Source of the DNA: Gammaproteobacteria bacterium
GTDB lineage: Bacteria > Pseudomonadota > Gammaproteobacteria > GCA-001735895
Direction of reading: 5' to 3'
Length of the DNA: 63,012 nucleotides
NCBI GenBank assembly: GCA_024232855.1
Contig: JAAEPH010000258.1
Span: forward strand, 1 to 63,012
Shown: piece after piece, positions 35,983-45,604 of the stretch
Layout of the letters: each line of letters opens with the position of its first letter
Numbering within the stretch: position 1 is the first letter of the stretch
Notes under the pieces: generated by a model
Databases searched by the model: none
Told to the model about the DNA's origin: nothing
Seen by the model: the letters and a program-made list of their open reading frames with translations, nothing else
Made by a program: the position numbers and the translations under genes

Positions 35983-36514
35983 CGGCCCGACCTGGTCCCT
36001 GTTTTTCAATTGCCCAGGCAACAATCAGAAAACAGCACAGAAAAGCAATCGAGCCGGTCACTACGTGCAGCTCGACAGCGAGATGATCGGCGTCGAAAAA
36101 TGTCAGAAACTGATGGGCATGAATCGCGGACAACACGCGCATGCTGTTGGCAAACAGCGCGACCGGATATGCCAGCGACAGCCATATTAGCAATTTCTTG
36201 CGGGTGTGCAGCCGATAGACCAGATAAGCGACCAGTAAACTGAAAAATGTCGTGCCACTGCAGGTTTCACCGAGGAGGAAGCGGGTTGCACCTGGTCGAA
36301 ACAACCACTGCTGACCGTCGTAAAATCCGAATCCAATGTACTGCTCCAGCACCAGTCCGGTCGGATAGATAAACGCGGATTTCAAAAACACCAGCTGTTG
36401 AAACAGCAACCGGCAGGCAAAAAAGACCAACAGCAGCAAAATGAATGGCCGGGCGACGGAAATCCGGCTGGAAACGCCTTTCCAATTCAGAAATTGGGTA
36501 ATCGCGGCTCTCAT
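35969..36514 (-). CDS. Minimal exosortase-family intramembrane transpeptidase (XrtK/XrtN-like)
   Basis: 181 aa and highly hydrophobic. It carries the exosortase catalytic signature in the right order: Cys (GETCSG), Arg (ANSMRV), His (LHVVTG). Its 3' end overlaps the start of the SEP-CTERM protein gene. Confidence 0.75.
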   Translation of the reverse strand: MRAAITQFLNWKGVSSRISVARPFILLLLVFFACRLLFQQLVFLKSAFIYPTGLVLEQYIGFGFYDGQQWLFRPGATRFLLGETCSGTTFFSLLVAYLVYRLHTRKKLLIWLSLAYPVALFANSMRVLSAIHAHQFLTFFDADHLAVELHVVTGSIAFLCCFLIVAWAIEKQGPGRADANT

Positions 36515-36696
36515 GCCACCAATGCCGCGTTGACCGGGCCTGCACTACCCGAACCGGCACCAACAGCATGGAGGGCGGCATTGGGTAATCTTGCTACAGT
36601 TTCCAGCCCCATCAATTCTTCCGCCTGACCTGTCAAAACCAGTCAAAATCTACACGATCGCACTGATGAAGTAAATCACCGTTTTACGTAGCGATA

Positions 36697-36712
36697 TGCA
36701 CATGGATGTGCA
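36697..36712. promoter_or_regulatory. 7-2-7 perfect palindrome TGCACATGGATGTGCA upstream of the exosortase operon
   Basis: Read directly. It lies 183-198 nt upstream of the exosortase start on the minus strand, in the only non-coding stretch available for a promoter. Confidence 0.35.
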
Positions 36713-36749
36713 GTAGTAGAGCAACGCAGGAGCAATTGCCGAGAAAATC

Positions 36750-36770
36750 GGTGAGCGATGCAGGCTAGTC
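36750..36770 (-). repeat. Copy C of the stop-codon-abutting motif (TGACTAGCCTGCATCGCTCACC on the minus strand)
   Basis: The 21-mer differs at one position from 60869-60889. It begins at the TGA stop of the SDR gene remnant. Confidence 0.75.
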
Positions 36771-37064
36771 AGGTCGGTGCGAATATCTCGCCGTTGTCGT
36801 CGCAGTCGTCGCTCATCAGGTAGAGGAAAGCGTCGACATGTTCTTGTGGCTCCGGCAGTTGCTCACTGTCATCCGCCGCGGGATAGGCGCGAATTTGCAG
36901 GGGCGTGCGCGTCTTGCCGTGATTGAGGCAATTCGTGCGTAGCTGGCTGCCGGCGTACTCGCGTGCGAGTAAGCCCGCCATCGCCGTGAGTCCCCGCTTA
37001 CCAGGATAACCTGGTCCTCGAGCATGACCTCGACGGCGTGAAATGATGCCGGTATCGCTGTCAT
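36769..37064 (-). pseudogene. YciK-type short-chain dehydrogenase gene remnant (internal deletion plus frameshift)
   Basis: The N-terminal piece (...LEDQVILVSGDS...) starts with an ATGA overlap on the gph stop. The C-terminal piece is in another frame (AGLLAREYAGSQLRTNCLNHGKTRT...DAFLYLMSDD) and matches YciK ..LADEYQQRLRVNCINPGGTRT...LYLWLMGDD. About 150 aa of the Rossmann core are missing. Confidence 0.7.
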
Positions 37065-37723
37065 GATGCCTTCATAAGCTCGTGCTGTAGCAGGTCAGCG
37101 GGTTTATCGATCACGCCATCGGCGTTCCATTGCCGAAAATCGCAACCATCCTCGATGTAGCCGTAGCTGGCGACCAGGGTTTTCATGCCGGCGGCGCGGC
37201 CGGAGATTACGTCACGCTCGTCGTCGCCGACGTACACGCAGTTGCGGCAATCGACGCCGATACGTTCGGCAGCCACCTGCAGTGGTTGTGGATGGGGCTT
37301 GCGGTTCGGCAGCGTATCGCCCCCGATGACGACCGCGCAGCGCGCCGCCAGGTTCAGTTTCTCGAGCAGTGGATGCGTCAGCCACTCGGGCTTGTTGGTG
37401 ACGATACCCCAGGGGATGGAACGCGCCTCGAGTTCGGCAAGCACCGCCTCGTAACCGTCGAACAAGCGGGAGTCGTCGGCGACGATTTCACGGTAATGCT
37501 GTAAAAAGCGCTGTCGCAGGGGCTCGATCTCGGCTTCGTCGACATGGTCCTCAAAGCCGAGCCGGGTCAGCACCAGGCCGCCCTGCGAGACGTAGGGGCG
37601 TATCGATTCCAGCGGCAGCGGCGCGCGCTTTTCCTCGACCAACAGGTTATTCAATGCGCCGACCATGTCGGGCGCGGTGTCGATCAGGGTACCGTCGAGA
37701 TCAAACAGTACAGCGTCAGGCAT
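37061..37723 (-). CDS. HAD-family phosphatase (phosphoglycolate phosphatase Gph / MupP-like)
   Basis: AVLFDLDGTLIDT, GIVTNK and YVGDDERD HAD motifs. It sits in the conserved position downstream of ubiG. Confidence 0.88.
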   Translation of the reverse strand: MPDAVLFDLDGTLIDTAPDMVGALNNLLVEEKRAPLPLESIRPYVSQGGLVLTRLGFEDHVDEAEIEPLRQRFLQHYREIVADDSRLFDGYEAVLAELEARSIPWGIVTNKPEWLTHPLLEKLNLAARCAVVIGGDTLPNRKPHPQPLQVAAERIGVDCRNCVYVGDDERDVISGRAAGMKTLVASYGYIEDGCDFRQWNADGVIDKPADLLQHELMKAS

Positions 37724-38426
37724 CAAACTCGGCGGTCATCAGGTAGTTGACGTCGATATCGCTTCCAAGTGAATAACGGTCGCACAGCGGGTTGTAGCTC
37801 ATACCGCTGATATCGCGCACACGCAAACCATTCGCGCGCAGCTGCGTGGCCATTTCGGAGGGCTTGATAAATTTGCGGTACTCGTGGGTGCCGCGTGGCA
37901 ACAGGCCGAGTATGTATTCGGCGCCGAGGATGCCGAGCGCAAACGATTTCGGGTTGCGGTTGATCGTCGACAGAAACAACATGCCTTCGGGTTTCAGGCA
38001 ACGCGCCGCGGCGTCGATAACCGAGGCCGGGTCGGGAACATGCTCGAGCAACTCGAGGCAGGTGACGATATCGAAGCGCGCCTCGTTGTCGGCGGCGAAA
38101 TCCTCCACCGTGGAGAGTTGGTAATCGACCTCGAGGCCGGATTCATGCAGGTGTAGCCTCGCGATCTTGAGCGATAACTCGGCCACGTCGATGCCGGTGA
38201 CGCGGGCGCCTTTTTGCACCAGCGCCTCGGCCAGGATACCGCCGCCGCAGCCGACGTCGAGCACCTGTTTGCCATCAAGCTCCTGTGCCTGGTCTTCGAT
38301 GTACCTGACTCGTAGCGGATTGATGTCATGAAGCGGCTTGAATTCGCTTTCAGGATCCCACCAGCGACTTGCGATCGACTGAAACTTGTCAATCTCGTCA
38401 GGATCTACATTGGCTTCGGCTGGCAT
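37716..38426 (-). CDS. ubiG: Ubiquinone biosynthesis O-methyltransferase UbiG
   Basis: DEIDKFQSIASRWWDPESEFKPLHDINPLRVRYI and the SAM motif VLDVGCGGGILAEAL. Confidence 0.94.
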   Translation of the reverse strand: MPAEANVDPDEIDKFQSIASRWWDPESEFKPLHDINPLRVRYIEDQAQELDGKQVLDVGCGGGILAEALVQKGARVTGIDVAELSLKIARLHLHESGLEVDYQLSTVEDFAADNEARFDIVTCLELLEHVPDPASVIDAAARCLKPEGMLFLSTINRNPKSFALGILGAEYILGLLPRGTHEYRKFIKPSEMATQLRANGLRVRDISGMSYNPLCDRYSLGSDIDVNYLMTAEFDA

Positions 38427-38429
38427 TGG

Positions 38430-39749
38430 CTAACTCTCTATCTTCTTTTCCCAGGACGCAGCCATGGTAACAATTTTATTCGCATCGAGATGGCAGAACT
38501 CGTGGTTCCTGAGCTGGGCGACACCGTCGATCCACACATCGGAGACCTGCCGGCTGGCCGCCGCATAGACGATCTGGGCGACCGGGTCGTAAACCGGCTG
38601 GGTGTTCAACTCCGCGAGGTTGATGGCGATCAGGTCGGCGCATTTACCGATCTCGATACTGCCGATGCGATCCGCCATACCCAGTGCGCGCGCGCCGTTG
38701 ATGGTTGCCATCTCGATCGCCTGGCGAGCGTTACAGGCACTGGCGTCGCCACTGCTGCCCTTGGCGAGCAGGGCTGCCGTGCGCATTTCACCGAACATGT
38801 CGAGATCATTGTTGCTGGCGGCGCCATCGGTACCGAGGCAGACATTGACACCCTTATCGAGCAGGGTCGTAAGCGGGCAGATTCCACTCGCCAGCTTCAG
38901 GTTCGACTCTGGACAGTGCGCCACGTTGACGCCCGCTTCGGCGATACGCTCGATTTCGAATTCATTGAGTTCGGTCATGTGCACCGCGATCAGGCTCGGG
39001 TTCAGCAGATTCAACTGGTCCAGGCGTTGCAGCGGTCGCTGCCCGTTTTTGTTTTGTGCCTCATCGACCTCGGCGCGAGTCTCATGCAGGTGTATGTGTA
39101 CGGGGAGGTCGAGTTCGTTACTGTACATGGCGATCTGGCGCAACGGCTCGTCCGAGACCGTGTAGGGCGCGTGCGGCGCCAACGCGCTGTCGACCAGCCC
39201 ATAGCCGCGAATTTCATCGTGCACCGCAAGCGCCTTGTGCAGGTACTCGTCGGCATTCCGTGCCCATACGCTGGGAAAATCGAGCACGATCAGTCCGACC
39301 ACGACGCGCATGCCGATCTGCTGCGCACATCGCGCCACTTCGTCAGGGAAGAAGTACATATCGTTCATGCAGGTGGTTCCCGAGCGGATCATTTCAGCCG
39401 CGGCAAGCCTGAAGCCATCGGCGGCAAAACCGGCATCCACCCAGCGAGCCTCGGCCGGCCAGATGTGATTGGAAAGCCAGTCCATCAAGGGTAAATCGTC
39501 GGCGATACCGCGCAACAGGGTCATCGAGGCGTGGGTGTGGCTGTTGACCAGGCCCGGCAGCAGGACATGGTCGGGCAGGTCGATGACCCGCGCCCGTGCA
39601 TAGCATGGCAACTGTCGAACTTCATCGATGCTGGTCAGGCTGTGGATTCGATTGTCTTCGATGACGACGGCACAATCGCGCAATACTTCGAAGTCCGAAT
39701 TGACGGTTACAATCCAGCCGGGTTGTAGGATCTGGTAATCATGCTGCAT
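38430..39749 (-). CDS. TRZ/ATZ-family amidohydrolase, MtaD-like (5-methylthioadenosine/S-adenosylhomocysteine deaminase)
   Basis: LLPGLVNSHTHASMTLLRGIADDLPLMDWL metal-binding motif and HLHET. It is adjacent to ubiG, as in pseudomonads. I prefer the ATG at 39749 over the TTG at 39764. Confidence 0.85.
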   Translation of the reverse strand: MQHDYQILQPGWIVTVNSDFEVLRDCAVVIEDNRIHSLTSIDEVRQLPCYARARVIDLPDHVLLPGLVNSHTHASMTLLRGIADDLPLMDWLSNHIWPAEARWVDAGFAADGFRLAAAEMIRSGTTCMNDMYFFPDEVARCAQQIGMRVVVGLIVLDFPSVWARNADEYLHKALAVHDEIRGYGLVDSALAPHAPYTVSDEPLRQIAMYSNELDLPVHIHLHETRAEVDEAQNKNGQRPLQRLDQLNLLNPSLIAVHMTELNEFEIERIAEAGVNVAHCPESNLKLASGICPLTTLLDKGVNVCLGTDGAASNNDLDMFGEMRTAALLAKGSSGDASACNARQAIEMATINGARALGMADRIGSIEIGKCADLIAINLAELNTQPVYDPVAQIVYAAASRQVSDVWIDGVAQLRNHEFCHLDANKIVTMAASWEKKIES

Positions 39750-39976
39750 AGCCGAACCATACAAGATTTGGCAACCCCTGAAAACGAAAATTGAGACCCG
39801 CGCGACACGCCCGAGAGGTTTTTTGACGTTATCGGGTAAAAACCGCCAAATCCGCTTATTCTGTCCCTGGCAATGCGTTCTTATCAGTAGTGTTAATCCT
39901 TGGGTCTGTGGTAAAATCGCTCAGGTTCAAAATCCAGCATTCCTGCGACATTTCTTAGTATCGAGAATCGAGTTTT

Positions 39977-42544
39977 ATGGCTGATATCGCCAAAGAAATT
40001 TTCCCTGTTAATTTAGAAGACGAGATGCGCCAGTCGTATCTCGAATACGCCATGAGCGTGATCGTCGGGCGCGCCTTGCCCGACGTACGCGATGGCCTGA
40101 AACCGGTGCACCGACGCGTGTTATACGCGATGAGCGAACTCGGCAACGATTACAACAAGCCCTACAAGAAATCGGCGCGTGTCGTCGGTGACGTGATCGG
40201 TAAATATCACCCGCACGGCGATACCGCGGTGTACGACACCATCGTACGCATGGCGCAGCCATTCGCGATGCGCCACATGCTGGTCGACGGCCAGGGTAAC
40301 TTCGGCTCGGTCGATGGCGACTCCCCGGCGGCAATGCGTTATACCGAAGTGCGCATGTCGAAAATTGCGCACGAATTGCTGGCCGACCTGGAAAAAGAAA
40401 CGGTCGACTACCTGCCCAATTACGACGAGTCGGAATACGAGCCGGTGGTGCTGCCGACCAGGGTTCCGAACCTGCTGATCAACGGATCCTCGGGGATTGC
40501 GGTTGGCATGGCGACCAATATCCCGCCGCACAACCTGGCCGAAGTGGTCGATGCCTGCATTCTGCTGATCGACGAGCCGGATTCCGATATCGAACGCCTG
40601 ATGCAGTGCATCCCGGGGCCGGACTTCCCGACCGCCGGCTTCATCAACGGCGCACGCGGCATTCGCGAAGCCTATCGTAGCGGCAAGGGCAAGATTTACC
40701 TGCGTGCCAGAACGCATTACGAGGAAGACAAATCCGGGCGCCAGAGCATTATCGTCACGGAGTTACCCTACCAGGTCAACAAGGCGCGCCTGCTCGAAAA
40801 AATCGCCGAACTGGTCAAGGAAAAGCGGCTCGAGGGCATTTCCGGCCTGCGCGACGAATCCGACAAGGATGGCATGCGCATGGTGATCGAGCTGCGCCGC
40901 GGTGAAATCGCCGATGTCGTCCTCAACAACCTGTACAAGCAGACGCAGATGCAAAACGTGTTCGGCATCAACATGGTCGCACTCGTAAACGGACAACCTC
41001 GGCTCCTCAATATCAAGCAAATACTGGACGCCTTTATCGTGCACCGTCGCGAAGTGGTGACGCGTCGCACGGTCTTCGATTTGCGCAAGGCGCGCGATCG
41101 CGCGCACCTGCTCGAGGGGTTGGCGGTGGCGCTCTCCAACATCGACGAAATCATCGAACTGATCAAACAGTCTTCGAGCCCGGCGGTGGCCAAGGCGGCT
41201 CTACTGGAAAAGCCCTGGCAGCCCGGGGTGGTCATGGAAATGCTGCAGCGTAGCGGCGCCGAATCGTCGAAGCCGGACGGTATTGCCGATCATTTCGGCC
41301 TGATCGGCGACAGCTATCATCTGACCGAAAAGCAGGCACAGGCCATCCTCGACCTGCGACTGCATAAACTGACCGGTCTCGAGCAGGACAAGATCATTTC
41401 CGAATATCGGGGTATTCTCGATAAAATTGAGGATTTTCTGGATATCCTGAATCGGGACGAGCGCCTCAAGCAGGAAATCCGACGCGAGCTCGAGGAAATC
41501 CGCGAGGAATTCTCCGAGCCACGCCGCACCGAGATCATCATCGATCACTCAGACTTGACGGTCGAGGACCTGATCGGCGAAGAAGACGTCGTGGTCACCA
41601 TTTCACACCTCGGATACGCCAAGGCGCAACCGCTCGAATCCTACTCGGCGCAACGTCGCGGCGGCCGTGGCAAGGCGGCGACAAAAGTCAAGGATGAAGA
41701 TTTCGTCGAGCAGATGTTTTCCGCCTCGACCCACGATACGCTGCTGTGCTTCTCGACTCGCGGTAAGGTCTACTGGCAAAAAGTCTTCCAGTTGCCGATT
41801 GGCAGCCGCACCGCGCGCGGTCGTCCCATGGTCAACCTGCTGCCGCTCGAGGAAGATGAGCGCATTACCGCGATTCTGCCGGTGCGCGAATACCCTGAAG
41901 ACCAGTTTATTTTCTTTGCCACCGCCAGCGGCAAGGTCAAAAGAACACCGTTGTCGAATTTTTCACGACCGCGTGCAAACGGCATTATCGCGCTCGATTT
42001 GCGCGACGAAGACAGTCTCATCGGGGTGCAGTTGACGGACGGCAGATCTGGCCTGATGCTATTTACCAGCGCCGGTAAAGGTATTCGTATCGATGAAAAT
42101 GATGTGCGCGCCATGGGCCGTACCGCGGCCGGTGTCAGAGGCATCAAGATGAAACCGGGCGACGAAGTCATTTCGTTGATCGCGGTTGAGTCCGACGAAG
42201 GACAAATCCTGTTTGCCACCGAACACGGCTTTGGCAAGCGCACCAGTATCGCCGAGTTTTCGGTGCAGGGCCGCGGTGGACAGGGCGTTATATCGATCAA
42301 GACATCCAAACGCAACGGTCGTGTCGTAGGCGCCATCAAGACCACTGGCGATGAAGAAGTAATGCTCATCAGCGATGGCGGCACCCTGGTGCGCACGCCG
42401 GCGAACGATATTTCGGTGCTGGGTCGTAATACCCAGGGCGTGACCCTGATTCGACTCGGCAAGGAAGAGCAGCTGGTGCAGATCGAAGCGGTAGCCGCAA
42501 GTGTAGACGGCGCGCCGAAGGAGACCGACAGTACGAATTCATGA
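39977..42544 (+). CDS. gyrA: DNA gyrase subunit A
   Basis: 855 aa. [47 protein letters not shown] (active-site Tyr) and C-terminal beta-pinwheel repeats. Confidence 0.98.
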   Translation: MADIAKEIFPVNLEDEMRQSYLEYAMSVIVGRALPDVRDGLKPVHRRVLYAMSELGNDYNKPYKKSARVVGDVIGKYHPHGDTAVYDTIVRMAQPFAMRHMLVDGQGNFGSVDGDSPAAMRYTEVRMSKIAHELLADLEKETVDYLPNYDESEYEPVVLPTRVPNLLINGSSGIAVGMATNIPPHNLAEVVDACILLIDEPDSDIERLMQCIPGPDFPTAGFINGARGIREAYRSGKGKIYLRARTHYEEDKSGRQSIIVTELPYQVNKARLLEKIAELVKEKRLEGISGLRDESDKDGMRMVIELRRGEIADVVLNNLYKQTQMQNVFGINMVALVNGQPRLLNIKQILDAFIVHRREVVTRRTVFDLRKARDRAHLLEGLAVALSNIDEIIELIKQSSSPAVAKAALLEKPWQPGVVMEMLQRSGAESSKPDGIADHFGLIGDSYHLTEKQAQAILDLRLHKLTGLEQDKIISEYRGILDKIEDFLDILNRDERLKQEIRRELEEIREEFSEPRRTEIIIDHSDLTVEDLIGEEDVVVTISHLGYAKAQPLESYSAQRRGGRGKAATKVKDEDFVEQMFSASTHDTLLCFSTRGKVYWQKVFQLPIGSRTARGRPMVNLLPLEEDERITAILPVREYPEDQFIFFATASGKVKRTPLSNFSRPRANGIIALDLRDEDSLIGVQLTDGRSGLMLFTSAGKGIRIDENDVRAMGRTAAGVRGIKMKPGDEVISLIAVESDEGQILFATEHGFGKRTSIAEFSVQGRGGQGVISIKTSKRNGRVVGAIKTTGDEEVMLISDGGTLVRTPANDISVLGRNTQGVTLIRLGKEEQLVQIEAVAASVDGAPKETDSTNS

Positions 42545-43635
42545 GTGAAGATGCCCTGCAAAAACTGCGCGAGCGCATCGACGCCATAGACGCGGAGTTG
42601 CTCGATCTGTTTAACCAACGTGCGGGCTGTGCCGTCGATGTGGCCACGGTAAAACGCGCGCTCAGCGACGCCGCCGACGAATCGATCGACTTTTTTCGCC
42701 CTGATCGTGAAGCCCAGGTGATCAAGCGCCTCAAGGCGTTAAACCGCGGTCCGCTCAGCGACGACGAAGTAGGGCGCCTGATTCGTGAAGTCATGTCGGC
42801 CTGTCTGGCGCTGGAGCAGCCGCTGAAAGTCGCCTATCTCGGGCCCGAGGGCACCTTTACCCAGAGCGCGGCGCTGAAGCACTTCGGCCATTCGGTCACG
42901 ACCGTGCCGATGAGCAGTATTCCCGACGTGTTTGCATCGGTGGAATCCGGACATTCCAACTATGGCCTGGTGCCGTTCGAAAATTCCACCGAGGGCGTCA
43001 TCAGCCATACCCTCGACATGTTCATGGATTCCAGCCTCAAGGTTTGCGGCGAAGTGGAAATTCGCGTGCATCACCACCTCGCCAGCAAGTCACAGGACGT
43101 TTCCCGGATCAGGCACATTTATTCTCATCAACAGTCTTTCGCGCAATGTCGGCACTGGCTCGATCAGAATTTGCCCGGTATCGATCGCCTGCCTGTCAGC
43201 AGCAACGCCGAGGCAGCCCGGCTCGCCGCTATCGAAGACGCCGCCGCCGCAATCTGCGGATTGCCCGCGGTCGAGATCTTCGACTTGAAGATATGCCACG
43301 AAAACATCGAGGACATGTCCGATAACACCACGCGTTTCGTCATAATCGGCAAGCAGGACGTGGGACCCAGCGGCAACGACAAAACCTCGCTGCTGATTTC
43401 GACGAAGAACGTTCCAGGCGCCTTGCTGGGCTTGCTGCAACCGCTCGCGGATCACGGTATCAGCATGAACAAGATCGAGTCGCGACCGGGCAAGGGTCAC
43501 AAGTGGGCTTACGTGTTCTTTATCGATATCGACGGGCATCAACTCGACGGCAACGTGGTCGACGCGTTAAATGTGCTGAAACAACAGGCCGCGTTGTTTA
43601 AGATACTGGGTTCTTATCCTAAAGCCTCACTCTGA
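42541..43635 (+). CDS. pheA: Bifunctional chorismate mutase / prephenate dehydratase (P-protein)
   Basis: CM domain ([20 protein letters not shown]), PDT domain ([12 protein letters not shown]..., TRF) and ACT domain (ESRP). ATGA overlap with the gyrA stop. Confidence 0.94.
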   Translation: MSEDALQKLRERIDAIDAELLDLFNQRAGCAVDVATVKRALSDAADESIDFFRPDREAQVIKRLKALNRGPLSDDEVGRLIREVMSACLALEQPLKVAYLGPEGTFTQSAALKHFGHSVTTVPMSSIPDVFASVESGHSNYGLVPFENSTEGVISHTLDMFMDSSLKVCGEVEIRVHHHLASKSQDVSRIRHIYSHQQSFAQCRHWLDQNLPGIDRLPVSSNAEAARLAAIEDAAAAICGLPAVEIFDLKICHENIEDMSDNTTRFVIIGKQDVGPSGNDKTSLLISTKNVPGALLGLLQPLADHGISMNKIESRPGKGHKWAYVFFIDIDGHQLDGNVVDALNVLKQQAALFKILGSYPKASL

Positions 43636-44744
43636 TGTCCGTAATCGATTCCGCACTGGTGCAAATCAGGCAGCTGCACCCATATTCACCCGGCAAGCCG
43701 GTCGAAGAACTCGAGCGGGAGCTCGGCATTCGCGATGCCATCAAGCTCGCCTCCAATGAAAATCCGCTGGGTTGTTCGCCACGGGTTAGCGAGGTGCTGG
43801 GGCAGGCGGGTCAGCACCTCGAACTCTACCCCGATGCCAACGCCTATTACCTGAAACAGCGCCTCGCGCAAAAGCTCGCGCTCGGCGAGAACCAGATCAC
43901 CATCGGCAACGGTTCCAACGATGTCATCGACCTGGTGGCGCGCAGTTTTCTCGATAGCAGCGCCGAGGCCGTGTTTTCGCAGTATGCCTTCATGGTCTAT
44001 GCGATGGTGACCCAGGCCTGCGGCGCGACCGCAAAAGTTGCCGACGCCCTGCCGGAGACGGCGGCCCAGCCCTACGGCCACGACCTCGATGCCATGCTGG
44101 CGCTGATCGGCGATAAGACACGCGTCGTTTTCATAGCCAATCCCAACAATCCGACCGGCAACTGGTTGCTGCGCGATGAACTCCGGGATTTTCTCGACGC
44201 GGTTCCCGATCACGTCGCCGTGGTCGTCGATGAAGCCTATTTCGAATACGTTTCCCGCGCGCAGTATCCGGATTCGATGCAATGGCTGCAGCACTATCCC
44301 AACCTGATCGTGACCCGGACCTTCTCCAAGATTTACGGGCTCGCCGGCTTGCGCATCGGTTACGCGGTATCGAGTCCTGAACTCTGTGACCTGCTCAATC
44401 GGGTCAGGCAACCGTTTAACGGTAATACGCTGGCGCTGGCCGCGGCCCGTGTCGCGCTTGACGACGAGTCTTTTGTCGAGCAGAGCCGCATCAGCAATCA
44501 GCAGGGACTGCAACGTATGCAGGACTGGTTGGCCGAACACGAGCTTTACTACATCCCTTCGGCCGGTAATTTCCTCACTGTACGCTTCGGTGAGCGCAGT
44601 GCCGAGATAAACCAGGGTTTGCTCGAGCGCGGCATCATCGTCAGGCCCGTGGCGAATTACGGCATGCCGGAGTTTCTGCGCATCAGCGTCGGTAACGCTG
44701 ACCAGGTCGGGCAACTATTCGATGTTCTGGACGAAGTACTATGA
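43635..44744 (+). CDS. hisC: Histidinol-phosphate / aromatic aminotransferase (HisC2-type)
   Basis: LASNENPLG, FIANPNNPTG and TFSKIYGLAGLRIGY (PLP Lys). It sits between pheA and tyrA. Confidence 0.92.
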   Translation: MSVIDSALVQIRQLHPYSPGKPVEELERELGIRDAIKLASNENPLGCSPRVSEVLGQAGQHLELYPDANAYYLKQRLAQKLALGENQITIGNGSNDVIDLVARSFLDSSAEAVFSQYAFMVYAMVTQACGATAKVADALPETAAQPYGHDLDAMLALIGDKTRVVFIANPNNPTGNWLLRDELRDFLDAVPDHVAVVVDEAYFEYVSRAQYPDSMQWLQHYPNLIVTRTFSKIYGLAGLRIGYAVSSPELCDLLNRVRQPFNGNTLALAAARVALDDESFVEQSRISNQQGLQRMQDWLAEHELYYIPSAGNFLTVRFGERSAEINQGLLERGIIVRPVANYGMPEFLRISVGNADQVGQLFDVLDEVL

Positions 44745-45604
44745 TCCACACGCTCAGCATTATCGGCGTCGGCCTCATCGGTAGTTCGCTTTCGCTGGCG
44801 TTGAAGCAGGCCGGGATCGTCGACCGCGTCATCGGATTTGGTCGAAATCGTGAAAACCTCGAAAAAGGCGTCGAACTTGGTGTTCTCGATGGCTTCGAAG
44901 CATCCATAGAAGCGGCCGTGGCCGATGCCGATGTCATCGTCGTGGCGGTGCCGCTGGGGGCGATGCAGGGCGTGTTCAGTGAACTCGCGGGCTCGATAAA
45001 GCCCGACGCGATAGTCACCGACGTCGGCAGCTCCAAGGGCTCTGTGGTCGCCGCGGCGCGCGCGGAACTGGGCGCAAGCCTGAAGCATTTCGTGCCCGGT
45101 CACCCGATAGCCGGTAACGAAAAGAGCGGCGTCGAGGCCGGCTTTGCCAGCCTTTTCCAGAATCGCCGGGTTATCCTGACACCGCTGCAGGAAACCGATG
45201 CCGATGCGACCGCGCGCATTGACGCCATGTGGCGTGATTGCGGCGCGGAGATCGAATACCTCGAGGTCGATCATCACGACAAGGTGCTTGCGGCAACCTC
45301 GCACTTACCGCACATGCTCGCCTACGCGCTGGTGCATCATCTGTCGAACCTGAACGATCACGATGAAATCTTCCGCTACGCCGCGGGCGGTTTTCGCGAC
45401 TTCACCCGCATCGCTTCGAGCGATCCGGTGATGTGGCGCGATGTCTGCATGGCCAACGGTGATGCGCTGGGTGAGCTGATCGAACAGTATCAGCGCGAGC
45501 TGGATCGAATTGGCGTTGCCATCAAATCCGGTGACCGTGCCGAGTTACTGCGCCTCTTCAGCAGAGCCAAGACGAAACGTGATTCACTGATAGGCAATTG
45601 CTGA
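44741..45604 (+). CDS. tyrA: Prephenate dehydrogenase
   Basis: Rossmann LSIIGVGLIGSS, GHPIAG and SHLPH motifs. ATGA overlap with hisC. Here it is a separate ORF that overlaps aroA by 1 nt. Confidence 0.92.
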   Translation: MIHTLSIIGVGLIGSSLSLALKQAGIVDRVIGFGRNRENLEKGVELGVLDGFEASIEAAVADADVIVVAVPLGAMQGVFSELAGSIKPDAIVTDVGSSKGSVVAAARAELGASLKHFVPGHPIAGNEKSGVEAGFASLFQNRRVILTPLQETDADATARIDAMWRDCGAEIEYLEVDHHDKVLAATSHLPHMLAYALVHHLSNLNDHDEIFRYAAGGFRDFTRIASSDPVMWRDVCMANGDALGELIEQYQRELDRIGVAIKSGDRAELLRLFSRAKTKRDSLIGNC

